A stretch of DNA of 62,516 nt, the filler included, from Globobulimina sp. (Eukaryota), in assembly GCA_003354225.1 (NCBI GenBank). It is 27 parts of 27 records of this genome, joined end to end, with 100 filler letters (N's around TTAATTAATTAA, not from the genome) between each part and the next. Parts side by side here need not be neighbours in the genome. Positions count along the whole stretch, not along the records: positions 37,116 to 39,334 come from PIVH01008114.1; positions 39,435 to 41,653 come from PIVH01008115.1; positions 41,754 to 43,972 come from PIVH01008116.1; positions 44,073 to 46,290 come from PIVH01008117.1; positions 46,391 to 48,608 come from PIVH01008118.1; positions 48,709 to 50,926 come from PIVH01008119.1; 21 more parts are not named here. One strand, 5' to 3'. Made by a program: the position numbers and the translations under genes. The notes under the pieces are model-generated. The model had not been told where the DNA came from and did no database searches. It saw only the letters and a program-made list of their open reading frames with translations. Of this stretch, positions 37,016 through 49,371 are shown one piece after another (position 1 is the stretch's first letter; every line of letters begins with the position of its first letter).

Positions 37016-37558
37016 NNNNNNNNNNNNNNNNNNNNNNNNNNNNNNNNNNNNNNNNNNNNTTAATTAATTAANNNNNNNNNNNNNNNNNNNNNNNNNNNNN
37101 NNNNNNNNNNNNNNNTGTCATTAAAGTTTTGAAGATTAAACGTGAAAGGTTAAAAATTGTCATCATCATTTAGATGCTTTCTTGTTATGAACGTATTTTG
37201 GTTTCAAATTTCTCCAATATCAATGACAAAGTTATCGTGGAATTGTTATGGATGGATTTGATAGATTTTTTTTGTTTTGTGTTTTGTATTTTTTCCCCAT
37301 GAAACTAATCAAAACATCCGAAACCATAAATATTTTTAATATTTCATTATGATAAAATTCACTGTATGGTCGTTGCAATATATATAATAATTTGCATAAA
37401 TGCTACCGCAGAATAACGTATAGCTGCGGCAAATTGGTAGTCCGCTGCGCGGACTACACCACTCATACAAATACCAAATATGTATACAACTTATGTATGA
37501 CCATGATAATCAATTTAATCATCTTTTTCTTTTCTACTTAATTTTTTATCTTTTAACC

Positions 37559-38971
37559 ATGGAACAATTAATTAGGTTTCGGTTGCTCGCGGATTCATTA
37601 TTACAAAATGAGTTTGATTTATTTATTAAAACATCGCATTTAGACATAAGAAGTCTTTTTTTAAAAGGATTATTTCATTCTTTTCATGCACAAATGCAAA
37701 CCGATGCAAATAATACAAAATTATCAGAAACCATAGAAATTATTTCAAAAATAATTCAGTCAAGAAATGCAAAACAATTAAAAGAGATTGAACTTAAAAA
37801 AGAGCCGACAAAATTATCATTAAATGATTTACCATATGCACTTATTGGTGAATGTGCCTCTTATTTACCATTTATTGATTACAACTCATTACAAAATGTA
37901 TCAAGACCTGTATTTATTGGATGTAATGATCCAAATACAGTGACAACAATTGATTCACTAATATTTGCCAGAAATTATAAATCAAAACAACATTTACAAT
38001 TAGTAAAATATCAAAAAGTAATTAATTTTGAAATTGATATGGAGTATATTTCAGAAATGAAATCCATTCATAATTTATCATTATCACAAGCTACAAAATC
38101 ATTGTGTTTATATGGCACCAATACAAAGAGAATAAAGAATTTGTTGAATATGAAATGTTTTAATTTTGATAAAATTGAAATACTAAAATTAAATGAAGAT
38201 AATTTAGAAGTGGAGACATTTTGTGATTTATTAAAATGTTTCAAAAATATAAAATTTTTAGAATTTAATTGTTCTGCAGGTTATCAATTAATTTTTGCGA
38301 ATAAACCATTTACGGATAAAATATTCAATCATTTACAAGGCTTAACTTTATATAAAAATTATAGAGATATAGTTAATTTTAATTTTGATAACAATTTATT
38401 GCATTATTTTAGTGACAAATTATTATCATTCCATTTTTGGTACGATATTCAATGTCCAAAAAACGGATTTATTAATTTAAAAGAAGTATGTTTTGCCGAT
38501 GCAAATTATAATAATATAAGTAATATAATAAAAACTGCAAAAAAATTGGAAAGAATACATTTAGAATTTGGCCGTGTTGATATTCAAAATAATAAATTGG
38601 AAGATATTTTAATGGAATTATTTAGTCAAAATACATTGGAATTCATTTCAATTAAAATTAAAGCTGGGATCAAACCAATAACCGAACTATTACAAAAAAT
38701 ATCATTTTCAAAGCGAAAAAAGTTAAAAATAATGTTAAAAATTGAAAAATTCGAAGAGAGTGGAAATGCGAATGATTATTTTGAAATTTTAGAAAATAAA
38801 TTTAGTAAAAATGGTGTTATCGATGATTGGATGATAATATTTATTGGACCGGAAATGCAATTATTTAAAACTAATGAAAAATGTAAAATTAATGGTTGGA
38901 GAGAGAGATGGTTATATTGTTGTGATTATTGTGATTGTAATACAGTTGATTTCGCGCTTTTTAATTATTAA
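37559..38971 (+). CDS. F-box-like / LRR-like protein
   Basis: LNDLPYALIGECASYLPF...LQNVSR followed by LxxLxL-type segments. Confidence 0.7.
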   Translation: MEQLIRFRLLADSLLQNEFDLFIKTSHLDIRSLFLKGLFHSFHAQMQTDANNTKLSETIEIISKIIQSRNAKQLKEIELKKEPTKLSLNDLPYALIGECASYLPFIDYNSLQNVSRPVFIGCNDPNTVTTIDSLIFARNYKSKQHLQLVKYQKVINFEIDMEYISEMKSIHNLSLSQATKSLCLYGTNTKRIKNLLNMKCFNFDKIEILKLNEDNLEVETFCDLLKCFKNIKFLEFNCSAGYQLIFANKPFTDKIFNHLQGLTLYKNYRDIVNFNFDNNLLHYFSDKLLSFHFWYDIQCPKNGFINLKEVCFADANYNNISNIIKTAKKLERIHLEFGRVDIQNNKLEDILMELFSQNTLEFISIKIKAGIKPITELLQKISFSKRKKLKIMLKIEKFEESGNANDYFEILENKFSKNGVIDDWMIIFIGPEMQLFKTNEKCKINGWRERWLYCCDYCDCNTVDFALFNY

Positions 38972-39434
38972 TAATTCTTCAAACGTAACTACATTTTACA
39001 AAAAATCAGTACTTATCAGAGAGCCCTATTGATAGTCCATTGATTTCTAAATATTCAGTGGCAATCTGTGCTTTTATGTACAGCCGTTGCCAAATTTAAT
39101 ATCACACAGTTGTGAAAAACAGCATATTTTGAGCATCTACTTTGAACATACTAGCAATGCGTTTTTAGTACTTTTTACGACCAAAAATGGAAATATCAAA
39201 TATTATGTCATGTACCGATTCCCTATGAATATTTACACACTTTAATCATATTTTCGCGGTTCTTGACAAGAAACTTATTTATTTATTACTCTTTCCATTT
39301 GTATACATCTGACAATATTTTGGAGATGTAATCANNNNNNNNNNNNNNNNNNNNNNNNNNNNNNNNNNNNNNNNNNNNTTAATTAATTAANNNNNNNNNN
39401 NNNNNNNNNNNNNNNNNNNNNNNNNNNNNNNNNN

Positions 39435-40153
39435 GATAAAATTGAATATTTTGAAGCAACACTTAATATGGATTGCTGTTTGTAATCAACTTGATTTCGT
39501 AGATTACTTTTTGAATTTTGAGTAATGTTTATAACATATAATGTGAATAAACGATTTAGAAATAAATAAAGTAAATTTATAGATATTACCAAATCAATTA
39601 TTTCTGTGACCGATACACTGATAGCAGCACGAAATGAAAAATAACTGTTAGTGACCCATCCAACATAATAAAAAACATAAAAAATGATGTATAGAAAACG
39701 TAAAGCGACAAACAAAATAATTAAAATGGCTAAAATTATAAATGCATATCTTGGAACACGAAATATTGTGTCTCCAAATGTGTAATGAAGATTTGACATA
39801 AATAGCAAATACATAAATAATTGACCCAATGTCCAGGTTGCTAAAGGAATACAAATCATAGTTACAATGTACCAGTTTCCGGGTGAAACTTGCATTGTAT
39901 CATCACGGTACATTTCAACTCCACTTTGGCCAAATAAACACAATGAAAATGAAAGTAAACTCAATAAACTAAAATATTTTACCGATTTAAGTGTTATTAT
40001 TTTAGCGTCATTATTACCGTGCCATATTGCGTTTAATGTGATGATAAATATCACAAAGCAAGTTGTTGCAGGAACCCATGTGATTGCTTTGAGGACACTG
40101 ATAATAACGGGTGCGACATGATAGTGGCCGAAGGACAGTAGCAAACTCCTCAT
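39435..40153 (-). CDS. Multi-pass (GPCR-like) membrane protein (3' truncated)
   Basis: At least five hydrophobic helices in a 7TM-like spacing. Confidence 0.65.
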
Positions 40154-40262
40154 ATTTTTTGTGCTTAAAAAAAGCCAAAGTGCAAATGAACAAATTATCT
40201 TAGATTAAAAACAGCTTAAATGTAACATTTTGTTCGCGCAAAAAGTCCGTTCAATTAAAGGC

Positions 40263-40326
40263 GTTGGATATCAAAATTCGCATCCAACAGCCAGATATTA
40301 AACAGCCAGATATTTTGATATCCAAC
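40263..40326. repeat. 15-bp inverted repeat with a 14-bp direct repeat inside
   Basis: GTTGGATATCAAAAT (40263-40277) / ATTTTGATATCCAAC (40312-40326); AACAGCCAGATATT at 40286 and 40301. Confidence 0.8.
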
Positions 40327-40527
40327 AACCAATTAATTACGATATCTGTATGATGGCTATTAAATCAGACTACAATTTTATATTTTTTGTAATTGTTTTT
40401 TGGTGCTTTATTGCATAGATTTGTCTATTCTTTCATATTCTAGAATCCTGGAAAATCTATCCTTGCACTGTGGTTTATGAGGTGAGAACCCTGATATTAA
40501 GATTTTCTTGAAGTGAGCTAGTCTTCT

Positions 40528-41653
40528 ATGTTCTTGTTTGTCTTGTTGACACTTCTTTTCCTGAGATGGATATCAACCACCACTGCTCAAACGAAAAGCA
40601 TATTTTACAACGGTAAAATATTTACTTCAAATATTGATAAGTTATTCGTTGAAGCAGTAGTGGTGGAAGATAGGAGAATTATTGATGTTGGTTTCACAAA
40701 AGAAATATTATTAAAATACCAAGATGAGAATAATATTAATAAGATTGATTTACTTAATCGAACAATGATGGCAGGAATCAATGATGCTCATGTTCATATT
40801 GCCACTTATCCCTCAAATTCTATCTATTTAAATGACGAATCATTCATTCCAAGTCCTGGTCCTTCAGTAAAAGATGTAATAAATATATTAATAAATGCAA
40901 CAAGAAAATACGCAACTGATACAGATAAAATATTATATCTGTTTGTTGGTGAAGCATTTCTGGACGAATTCCCAGATATTAATTCATTTCCAAATCCTCG
41001 ATCAATTCTCACCAAACATGCACCAAACCATGGTGTTGTAGTGTATCAATGGTCGCGTCATGTTGGATTTATTAACGATAAAATAATGAAAATAATTGGT
41101 TTTGGAACAAAATATATTGAATCTGAGATTTGTATTTCTGGCTCATCATCAATATTTGGTGACAATTTTCTATGCAATAAAACAAATAAATTTACTGGAA
41201 TTGTTGAAGAATATTCATTTTGGACAACGCAAAGGTTAATATCACTCGAATTAGTTGATATTGATCAGATTATTGAATGTTACACAGCTTACATTGATAA
41301 GGCAATTAAAATGGGAATAACTTCCGTACAAAATATGCCAATCGATATCAGCAACGAAGAAAGTAATAATGCATTAAAATATATTGTTGATAAATTAAAA
41401 TTGCGCCTACGATGGAGAAGTATTCACTTTTCAATGAATGTAGATGATATCAATGAATTTGAAGAAATCACAAAATTAATGAATCTGAACGGGGGAATGA
41501 ATAATAATAAATTATGGAATTATTTTGGTATTAAATATATTATGGATGGCACACCAATCGAACAAAATGCATTTATGAGAGAAGAATATAGTTCAAAGAA
41601 AGATTGGTTTGGTAAGTTAAATGTTCATAAATTAAAAGAAATATTTGAGAAAG
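40528..41653 (+). CDS. Secreted amidohydrolase-3 (YtcJ-like), 3' truncated
   Basis: Signal peptide, FYNGKIFT, AGINDAHVH, GITSVQNM, GIKYIMDGTP. Confidence 0.88.
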
Positions 41654-42158
41654 NNNNNNNNNNNNNNNNNNNNNNNNNNNNNNNNNNNNNNNNNNNNTTA
41701 ATTAATTAANNNNNNNNNNNNNNNNNNNNNNNNNNNNNNNNNNNNNNNNNNNNTATAAATCCCATGAAATGGCTATCTGAGTAAATGTTCAGCTTAAATA
41801 TTGCGTGTAATTTTACAAACGTTTCAAGTGCAGTTGAAAGAAACGAAGGCGCCTCAAAGGTCACAAATTCTGGCCGGGTTAAGCCCAAAAAAGCCCAAAA
41901 AAAGGGTTCGTTGTGATACTTTCTCTGTACTTTTTTTATTTTGTTCATTTGTACATCACAAATTTTTCCGTTATGCCTATTATAACTCATCGTTATCAAA
42001 AACTGGAAGTAGTTAGCAATCAAAAAAAAATTAATTTTAATGCACAGTACAACATTGTATTGCAAATCACATTCAGTCAATCAACACGGAATGATACAGT
42101 CTGATCATTTGATTGACGTTGATTTACAATGAATACAGACATTCAAAATAATAATATT

Positions 42159-43295
42159 TTAAGCTGATAGTTTATTGAATTCTTTTTTAATTTGTTCATA
42201 AATTGGTGTTATTTTATTTTTAAAGCCTTTGCTATATATATTATCCTTATCGTCTATCCATTTTTGCATCGTCTCCTTAATATGTTCCTGTTTAATCTTA
42301 AAATGTATTTTTATAACATCATCAAATCCATTATATGGTTTTTTTAATGTTTCCAATATGGCATATTTTGCAGTATGATACATAACTTCTTCATCATATG
42401 CAATAACCTCTGGGCTATGCTTTTTTATGCTTAACGCAGTTCCTTCCCATCCGCCATGATTCGGTTCCATATAATAAGGATGTTCTGATACAGAATATGG
42501 CTAAAAATACGCCATTGATTTTAGATATATAAATCTAGCACAAACCTGCACTAAATACCATAAATAATAATGTTGATAATATTTGATAAATATTAGATTT
42601 CCCATTTTCCCATCCTGGACCATCCCATGTACCTAATAAAGATAAACATACTTTTCCTGTGCCTGCAGTGCATGAATATGCATTATATATATACCGATAT
42701 GTAAAAATTAAATAAAATATAGATTAAAATAACTTTGATGCAAATTTGGACTAAATCCACCTGGACCATTATTAGCGTGACATAGCGAACCACCTTTGGT
42801 GATATGCTTAATTTGTGGTGGTTTTGTTGGATAATCGTTTTGTAAATAAATATCAAATAAAAATAATCCATTGCTATATGGCGTGTTATGCCCTCCAGTT
42901 AATAATGCTTGAATAAATCGAGGATTATTTTCATCGAAACGAATAAACATAGAGCCATTCGATGAAATATATATAGTTTTTGGTAACGTTTTATTCAATT
43001 CTTTCATAATTTTTTTATAATTGATCGAGCTCATTGAACTTGCAGCTGCAGCATCTTTTTTATGTGAAGTAAATGATGAACGATCACATAAACCCTCGAT
43101 TGATGAAAAAATTCCGTACCCATCAATCTCGTTCATTGCATTTATATATGTTTCATTTAAATCAGCACATTTTGTTTCCTCTCTTTTGTTTCTTGTTGTC
43201 GATGACCCAGCTCCTTCTTCTCTCACAATTCGTTTAATTGAAATGATTGGCCCATCTGAGTTTAATGAATGGCTGCTACTCACACACGTTCCCAT
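42159..43295 (-). CDS. Ubiquitin-conjugating E2 of the BIRC6/UBE2Z/UBE2O type (spliced)
   Basis: TPYSNGLFLFDIYL..DYPTKPP, FSPNLH, and exon GKVCLSLLGTW carrying the catalytic Cys, then PYYMEP. Confidence 0.9.
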
Positions 43296-43532
43296 CCTCG
43301 TTTGACAGACAGAAAGTGGTTTTCTTCAGAAAAAAAAAGCATACTGCGATTGTAATTTTATTTTTATCACAAGTCGATTTTCCATATAAAACTCATCCAT
43401 TCAATTAAACTGATAAAAAAATAAAAAAAAACAACATTCAATTAAACTGATAAATTCGTTTACAAAACACAACATAAAATAACAAATATTTAAATTACAA
43501 ATTACAAATTACAAAATGAAAGCGAATATCAT

Positions 43533-43972
43533 CTATCTATCAATAAGATTTTTGTACTGATGGGCCACAATGTGATATGCATCGCCAGTTTGCGATAATT
43601 TTATTTTTGGAGGAAATGTTTCCAATATTTTTGAATTTAAACCATCTTTTTCCAAGAAGTATTTCAATGTATATTTATCGGCATGTTTAATGATTTTATT
43701 TTTATCACAAAGTCGATTTTCCATAAAATCCATCCATTCTCTCAAAAATTGCCAAAACAAATCTGGATCAAATTGGTTGCTGAATTGCTTTAATTTGGTT
43801 CGGATTTCATTCTCTTTGATTTCGGATTTATAATTTAACTCTAAATTCCTCGGTATCTGATACCATTTGCCTTGTTTTATAATGTATAATTTATCCAAAT
43901 ATTTCCAAATTGATTGACAATGTTTCAGAAATAAACTCGATTTCATCTCATTAACTACTTGATATTCATCGC
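43533..43972 (-). CDS. C-terminal exon of a large protein (possibly RNF213-like)
   Basis: Open from the contig edge; ends LETFPPKIKLSQ, weakly like the RNF213 C-terminus. Confidence 0.4.
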
Positions 43973-44346
43973 NNNNNNNNNNNNNNNNNNNNNNNNNNNN
44001 NNNNNNNNNNNNNNNNTTAATTAATTAANNNNNNNNNNNNNNNNNNNNNNNNNNNNNNNNNNNNNNNNNNNNATTATGTTGTTGATGAAGTTTTTCTGAA
44101 AAACCTTACAGTCAATGTTTCATTTATTTATAGACTGTCAATTGTTAGCTAATATGAACACAACATAAATACCTTGTGATTTCCGTGTTCGTAGCACAAT
44201 AAGTGTTTCTGGTATTGTTCGTTTTTTTGGCTAGTAAAACAAAACACAATAAGTGAAACGCACAATAGGTATACAAAGATTTAAGAATACCATTGGAAAA
44301 TAGTCGAATTTTTATAACTCTGTGTATATACAAACTTTGCTACATG

Positions 44347-45316
44347 CTATGCCGATCCATGTACACCTGGTGTTTTTTGGATTGTAAATCTATTTTCTTT
44401 TATGCCTTGAAAAGGCAATGTAACCGAATACAAACCAAAACCACCTTTCTTTGCTCGTAAGTCAACGGTTGTTATAAACAGTGTGCATGTCTAAGTTCTC
44501 CCCACCAAATACACAACAAGTTGGGTTATCTTTCACATTTACAATTAAATCAATATTTCCTTCTAAATCATATCGAGCAACCCGACCATGTTTATAATCC
44601 GCATTCCATACAAAACCATCACTATCCACAACGGATCCATCTGGCGATAAACATTGATTTGTAAATATTGATGATTCTGCAGCTGACGGTATTTTATCAT
44701 CTGCGTAATATCTGTATTTCATAATAAATGGTTTTCCATTTTCATCAAATTTCCATGAATCTGTCATGTACATTTCATTTCCATCCAAGCTGAAACATAT
44801 TGAATTTGTACAATTAATATCATTTAACAACACTTGATAACTGAGATCATGATTGATTCTGTACATTGATGATAAATTTTCTCCGGAATTGTCATCAAAA
44901 CTTCTTCTTCCTCCAAAAACAAATCGGCCATTTCGATCTACGCGGCCATCGTTTGGCATCGTACATTTATTCTCTTCAAATCGAAATATTCGTTGACTCA
45001 TTTTCTTGTTATAAACATCATAAAAAGCGGGGCCGTTTTCAAATGAAAATAACATTGTATCCGTATCATTGCAGAAACAAAAGGAACCAGCTTTTTCTGG
45101 TAATGTATATGAGACTGTTTCATTTGTTTTCATGTTATATTTCCATAATTTACTCAATGAAGCATCAATCCATAATAATTCGTTACGAATTTCATCCCAC
45201 AAAGGATTTTCTCCCAATTCAGTATAACATGGAACAATCAATGTAGCATCAAACTGTTTAGATATTTTGGATGATATGAATCCAGTCCGCAAAGTTTGGT
45301 TCAGTTGCTTAAGCAT
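44347..45316 (-). CDS. SMP-30/regucalcin/gluconolactonase, frameshifted near the C-terminus
   Basis: LGENPLW, PNDGRVD, TNSICFS, PDGSVVD, PTCCVFGG; the canonical tail TLFITT continues in another frame. Confidence 0.9.
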
Positions 45317-45453
45317 GTTCCATTTATCTTAGATTAATTATTTTCTGACTCTGTAGACGAAGGCCTAAAAATATGATGAAAATCTGCGAATATGCGAATA
45401 TGTACATGAAGAAGTAAAACGTAAAATTGGTATTGTTTCACGAATATATTTAC

Positions 45454-46146
45454 TTAAACCGCAAATAATTTCAAATAGTTAACAGTTTGCGTGTCGCACA
45501 CCAATGTTGCATATTTATTATAATCTAAAAAATGATTCCTGCCATTTTTAATATAATCATCAATATCTCCAATTTTTCTAGCTTTCTCAAAATGTTCTCT
45601 TAAAAGTGGATACGATAATAAATATTTGTCAAATCCTTTACGATCATTTTCTCCAAATACTATTTGCAAAAATTCTAACGATTCAAAAACAGCAACATCA
45701 GCAGCCGATGGTCCAGATGCTAAAAAATATGAAGTATTGGACTCTTGCAATAAATCATTCCATTTCCCACAATATCTTTCAACCTCAAATTTCTTCAATG
45801 CTGCAACTTTATTTTGATTAAATTGCCATTCAACAAACGGTGAACGCGCATCTTTACACGATTCAGATATCGAATCCACAAAATATTCATCTTTTAAATT
45901 GGATCCCATCAAATTATATTTTTTTGCAATGTACCGAAATTGACATCCGCTTTGTATCATATTTAATCCATCCATTTCAATTAACGGCACCTGGCCATAA
46001 TCCAACTTTCCAGCTTGTGTTAATGATACAAAATCATCTCTTGATTCAATAAATACATTTTGAAATGGAACACGTGCTGCTGCCAACAATAAACGAGCTG
46101 GCTCACACAACCCTCTTCCTGCCCAGTATCTTACACGAACTGCCAT
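45454..46146 (-). CDS. Glutathione S-transferase (alpha/sigma-like)
   Basis: YWAGRGLCEPARLLL, YGQVPLIEMDG...QS, SAADV. Confidence 0.92.
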   Translation of the reverse strand: MAVRVRYWAGRGLCEPARLLLAAARVPFQNVFIESRDDFVSLTQAGKLDYGQVPLIEMDGLNMIQSGCQFRYIAKKYNLMGSNLKDEYFVDSISESCKDARSPFVEWQFNQNKVAALKKFEVERYCGKWNDLLQESNTSYFLASGPSAADVAVFESLEFLQIVFGENDRKGFDKYLLSYPLLREHFEKARKIGDIDDYIKNGRNHFLDYNKYATLVCDTQTVNYLKLFAV

Positions 46147-46498
46147 TCTTAATTCGTAAATGATATGAAAAAACAAGAAAAACTTTTAACTCTTTAGTCC
46201 AGTCACCATACATACCATGCACCGCAGACAAAGAAGAAGAAGATTATCAGTAAGCTCATTAAATGCAAGTTTCAATGCAGACCCAGGTACNNNNNNNNNN
46301 NNNNNNNNNNNNNNNNNNNNNNNNNNNNNNNNNNTTAATTAATTAANNNNNNNNNNNNNNNNNNNNNNNNNNNNNNNNNNNNNNNNNNNNTCTATTTTAC
46401 CTCTCTTAGAAACACACTTGACCTGTCATGTTTCTATTTTACTTGTCGTTTTTGCTATTCGTCTTCAAGTAAAGTGCAAGATTATGTCGACAGTAAAC

Positions 46499-46822
46499 TC
46501 ACTTTACGGCGTTTTTGGTTGGTAAAATATAAAACTCGATAATATAAACGGTGGCAACGTTTTTTGCATAATCGATTGATGATTGTGCTTCGTTAGAGCC
46601 AGATTCCCACAATCCTCCGTGTGCAAAAACAGAGCAAGGCAATTCTTCATCAGATTCGTAATCCACTGGGTAATATATATCCATGGTCAATTGCACTGGT
46701 TAATTAGACGTGGTGAAAGTCACTTTTGAATCCACATTTGTTGATGATGTCGTACTGCATGTTCCGTCCCCTGACTTCACGACCGTTGCGGCAAATAATA
46801 AAACCAACAGAACACGCCTCAT
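46499..46822 (-). pseudogene. Secreted alpha/beta-hydrolase (esterase) fragment with in-frame stop
   Basis: MRRVLLVLLF signal peptide, TAA at 46700-46702, then LTMDIYYP...FAHGG. Confidence 0.55.
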
Positions 46823-47299
46823 TATTGCAAGTAAAAACGTTTTTTGTAGTTACATTCACTTTGAAGCATGGCAACCACAACAGAAAATAAAGAAGTGGGA
46901 CTTGTCATGATTCATCAAGCCAGACAAAGTTTCAATAAGGAATTGGTAACTTATTCCAAAAGTCTTATGAACTGACTCATTTCATTTAGTTTCAAATGTT
47001 TAACTTGAATTTTCAAGTTTACAAACATGACACTTTCCTAGTCATTATTTGGAATTATTTCTCTGGAGTTTAAGCGATTCTAACTTATGCGCAATACTCT
47101 TAAACATGATAGAACAATAGGTGCTTTCCATCAAATTCAGATTGATTAGCTGTGTACTGTTAACGCAAAACAGAAACGGTTTTATTGCTCTCATTAGTAT
47201 CGAACCGTTTATTGTCAATTTCAGAATAGCTTTTATCTTTTTATTAGCATTATTTCATGTTTTTGCCAAATGTGGACGCGTGGACGTTCCATTGCCAAA

Positions 47300-47830
47300 T
47301 GTCCAAAGCTGAAACACATTTGGTTTGATTTCGAATCTGCGAATGTCTCTAAATAACGCTCACCAATTGAGGCTCGCCATTTTGAGGTTTTCGTACGCTT
47401 TGAGAGCCAGCAAATGAATGACATTGTCTGCGCTCACATTCGAGCGCACAGTCTCGTATAACTATAATTATTTGCCGTTGCTCTCGATGTTATTGCTCTG
47501 ATTTGTGTACGCATTCATCATTGAGCCAAACCAAAAGTATTTGTCCTTCTTTGAGGGGACACAAACCATTCCAAATATTCTGCGCACACTCGACTGAGTC
47601 GCCCTTGCCATACATCGAAATCAAGGCACTTTTGAGTCTCAAATTATTCATGCTTTGGTGCACTGCTATGCCTTTGCTCAGACACTTGAGGTAGCCCACC
47701 AATCATATGATATTAGAAGTAGTTTACAAAAGTGTGCAAATCTGCGCAGTTCTGAGCCTTGATTTGCTGTACACTGCTATCATGAGTGCCAAACTGTCAA
47801 AGACACATTCCGTGGCTTCCTCTTTGGGTA
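47300..47830 (-). pseudogene. Degenerate pentatricopeptide-repeat gene remnant
   Basis: LKSALISMYGK...AQNIWN and ALMIAVYSK fragments in broken frames. Confidence 0.5.
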
Positions 47831-48708
47831 CACTCTCTGCGGTAGAAATTGTGCTGTTTGGTAGCGCATAATACAGAATAACTTCTCGTGGTTTGGCGAT
47901 AAATGTCTGCACAAAAATAAATAAATACAAAATATTTATAAAAAAGAATCGAAACATGCCTGATATACGTACTTATCGTAAATCAAATGATTCTCAGTGT
48001 TTTCATCCTTGACAATACTCGCATGGTGGTAGTCACTGTCGCTGCACAAGGTGTGCGTGGTCAGACACTTGGCAGTGATGCTATCCTTATTCACAAACGA
48101 AATTTTATTCGACTAAAACTCCCTATCCTCGTCTGTCCACAAGGCGAATGTGAGACAACTTTGTGAGAAACACGTTCCTCATATTTACATTGCTCACATT
48201 CAAAGTGAGAAACACAAACATGTTATGGGAATTTTAGCAAATTTTTTTGATTTTTGTGCCATCCTAGCATGTGCTCAAAAATGAACTAGAACACGAAACT
48301 TTGCAATGTGATAGACAGTGAACGTGTCTCTCAGGTGTGCAAATTTGAAGCAGTGATTCTTCTTTCCTGAGAAGAAAACTGTTCTCCAATGTGGTACCAC
48401 AGTCAGATTTTAAGGGAAATTCAAATGTGAGTTGGTACCTCACAGTTCACCCTCACTTTTCTCCACGATCACGCTTGATTTTTTATTTTTGACTTCGCTG
48501 GTCAATAATGCGTCTGTTTTTCTCTCATTTGTGAAGAAAACGATAAAATTGAAGCTTCTGCCACGACTTTATAAAAAACTTCAGGTGTCGCAGTGAAAAA
48601 AAAACACCNNNNNNNNNNNNNNNNNNNNNNNNNNNNNNNNNNNNNNNNNNNNTTAATTAATTAANNNNNNNNNNNNNNNNNNNNNNNNNNNNNNNNNNNN
48701 NNNNNNNN

Positions 48709-49045
48709 TACGTTGAATGATGATAAAACATTGAAAATCCAGGATATCGATGGTATTTACGATCCATTTTGGACCGATACCATGTATTGCAAGCCACATA
48801 TTGATGATAATGAGAGCCCAATGGATGTGTTGTTAACACATTCGATACATAATATTGATGATATTGCAGATAAATTGAATGATAAATCGCATAAATTAGA
48901 TTTAACCACATTGCGTAAAGCATTGTGCTATAACCGATTATTCTTCGCATATGCATGCAATCCAATGTTACAAATTAATTATAAACCGAATAGCGAAACG
49001 TTTCTGACTATGATAAATGAAGAGACCGTATTAATTAATGACTGA
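48709..49045 (+). CDS. 3' end of a hypothetical protein
   Basis: ORF of 110 codons near the contig edge. Confidence 0.4.
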
Positions 49046-49371
49046 CTACTATGCTTTAAAGAAAGGGGTGATGTAGATCCTGTGACTTGACGTTAGCAAA
49101 TCACTCCATTGTTTGTGATGTTTTTGATTGACTTACTTGAGACTTAGTGAAACCTAGAAACGTTATCTCACATTAGTCATTCCCTCGACAAAGTAGTCAA
49201 CACTACCAGAGGAGTCTCCACATTATTCCTGTGACGGTTATTATCCTCACAGTCGTAACATGTGCCCATGTTTATGATTGCTGATGTGTTTTAGAAATTA
49301 ATTGGTTTGGGTAAAATTACTTAGAGTCCTTGCAGTTGGGTAAAATTCTTAATTCGAAAAATATGCTCTAA

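Noticed and set aside
43360-43455. About 40-nt imperfect copy of 43700-43740 plus a short direct repeat
   Set aside because: Small local duplication in AT-rich intergenic DNA with no evidence of function.
46700-46702. TAA reassignment (alternative genetic code)
   Set aside because: Intact genes such as the TPI, GH and TLDc proteins end at TAA, and TAG and TGA stops are also used; a pseudogene is simpler.
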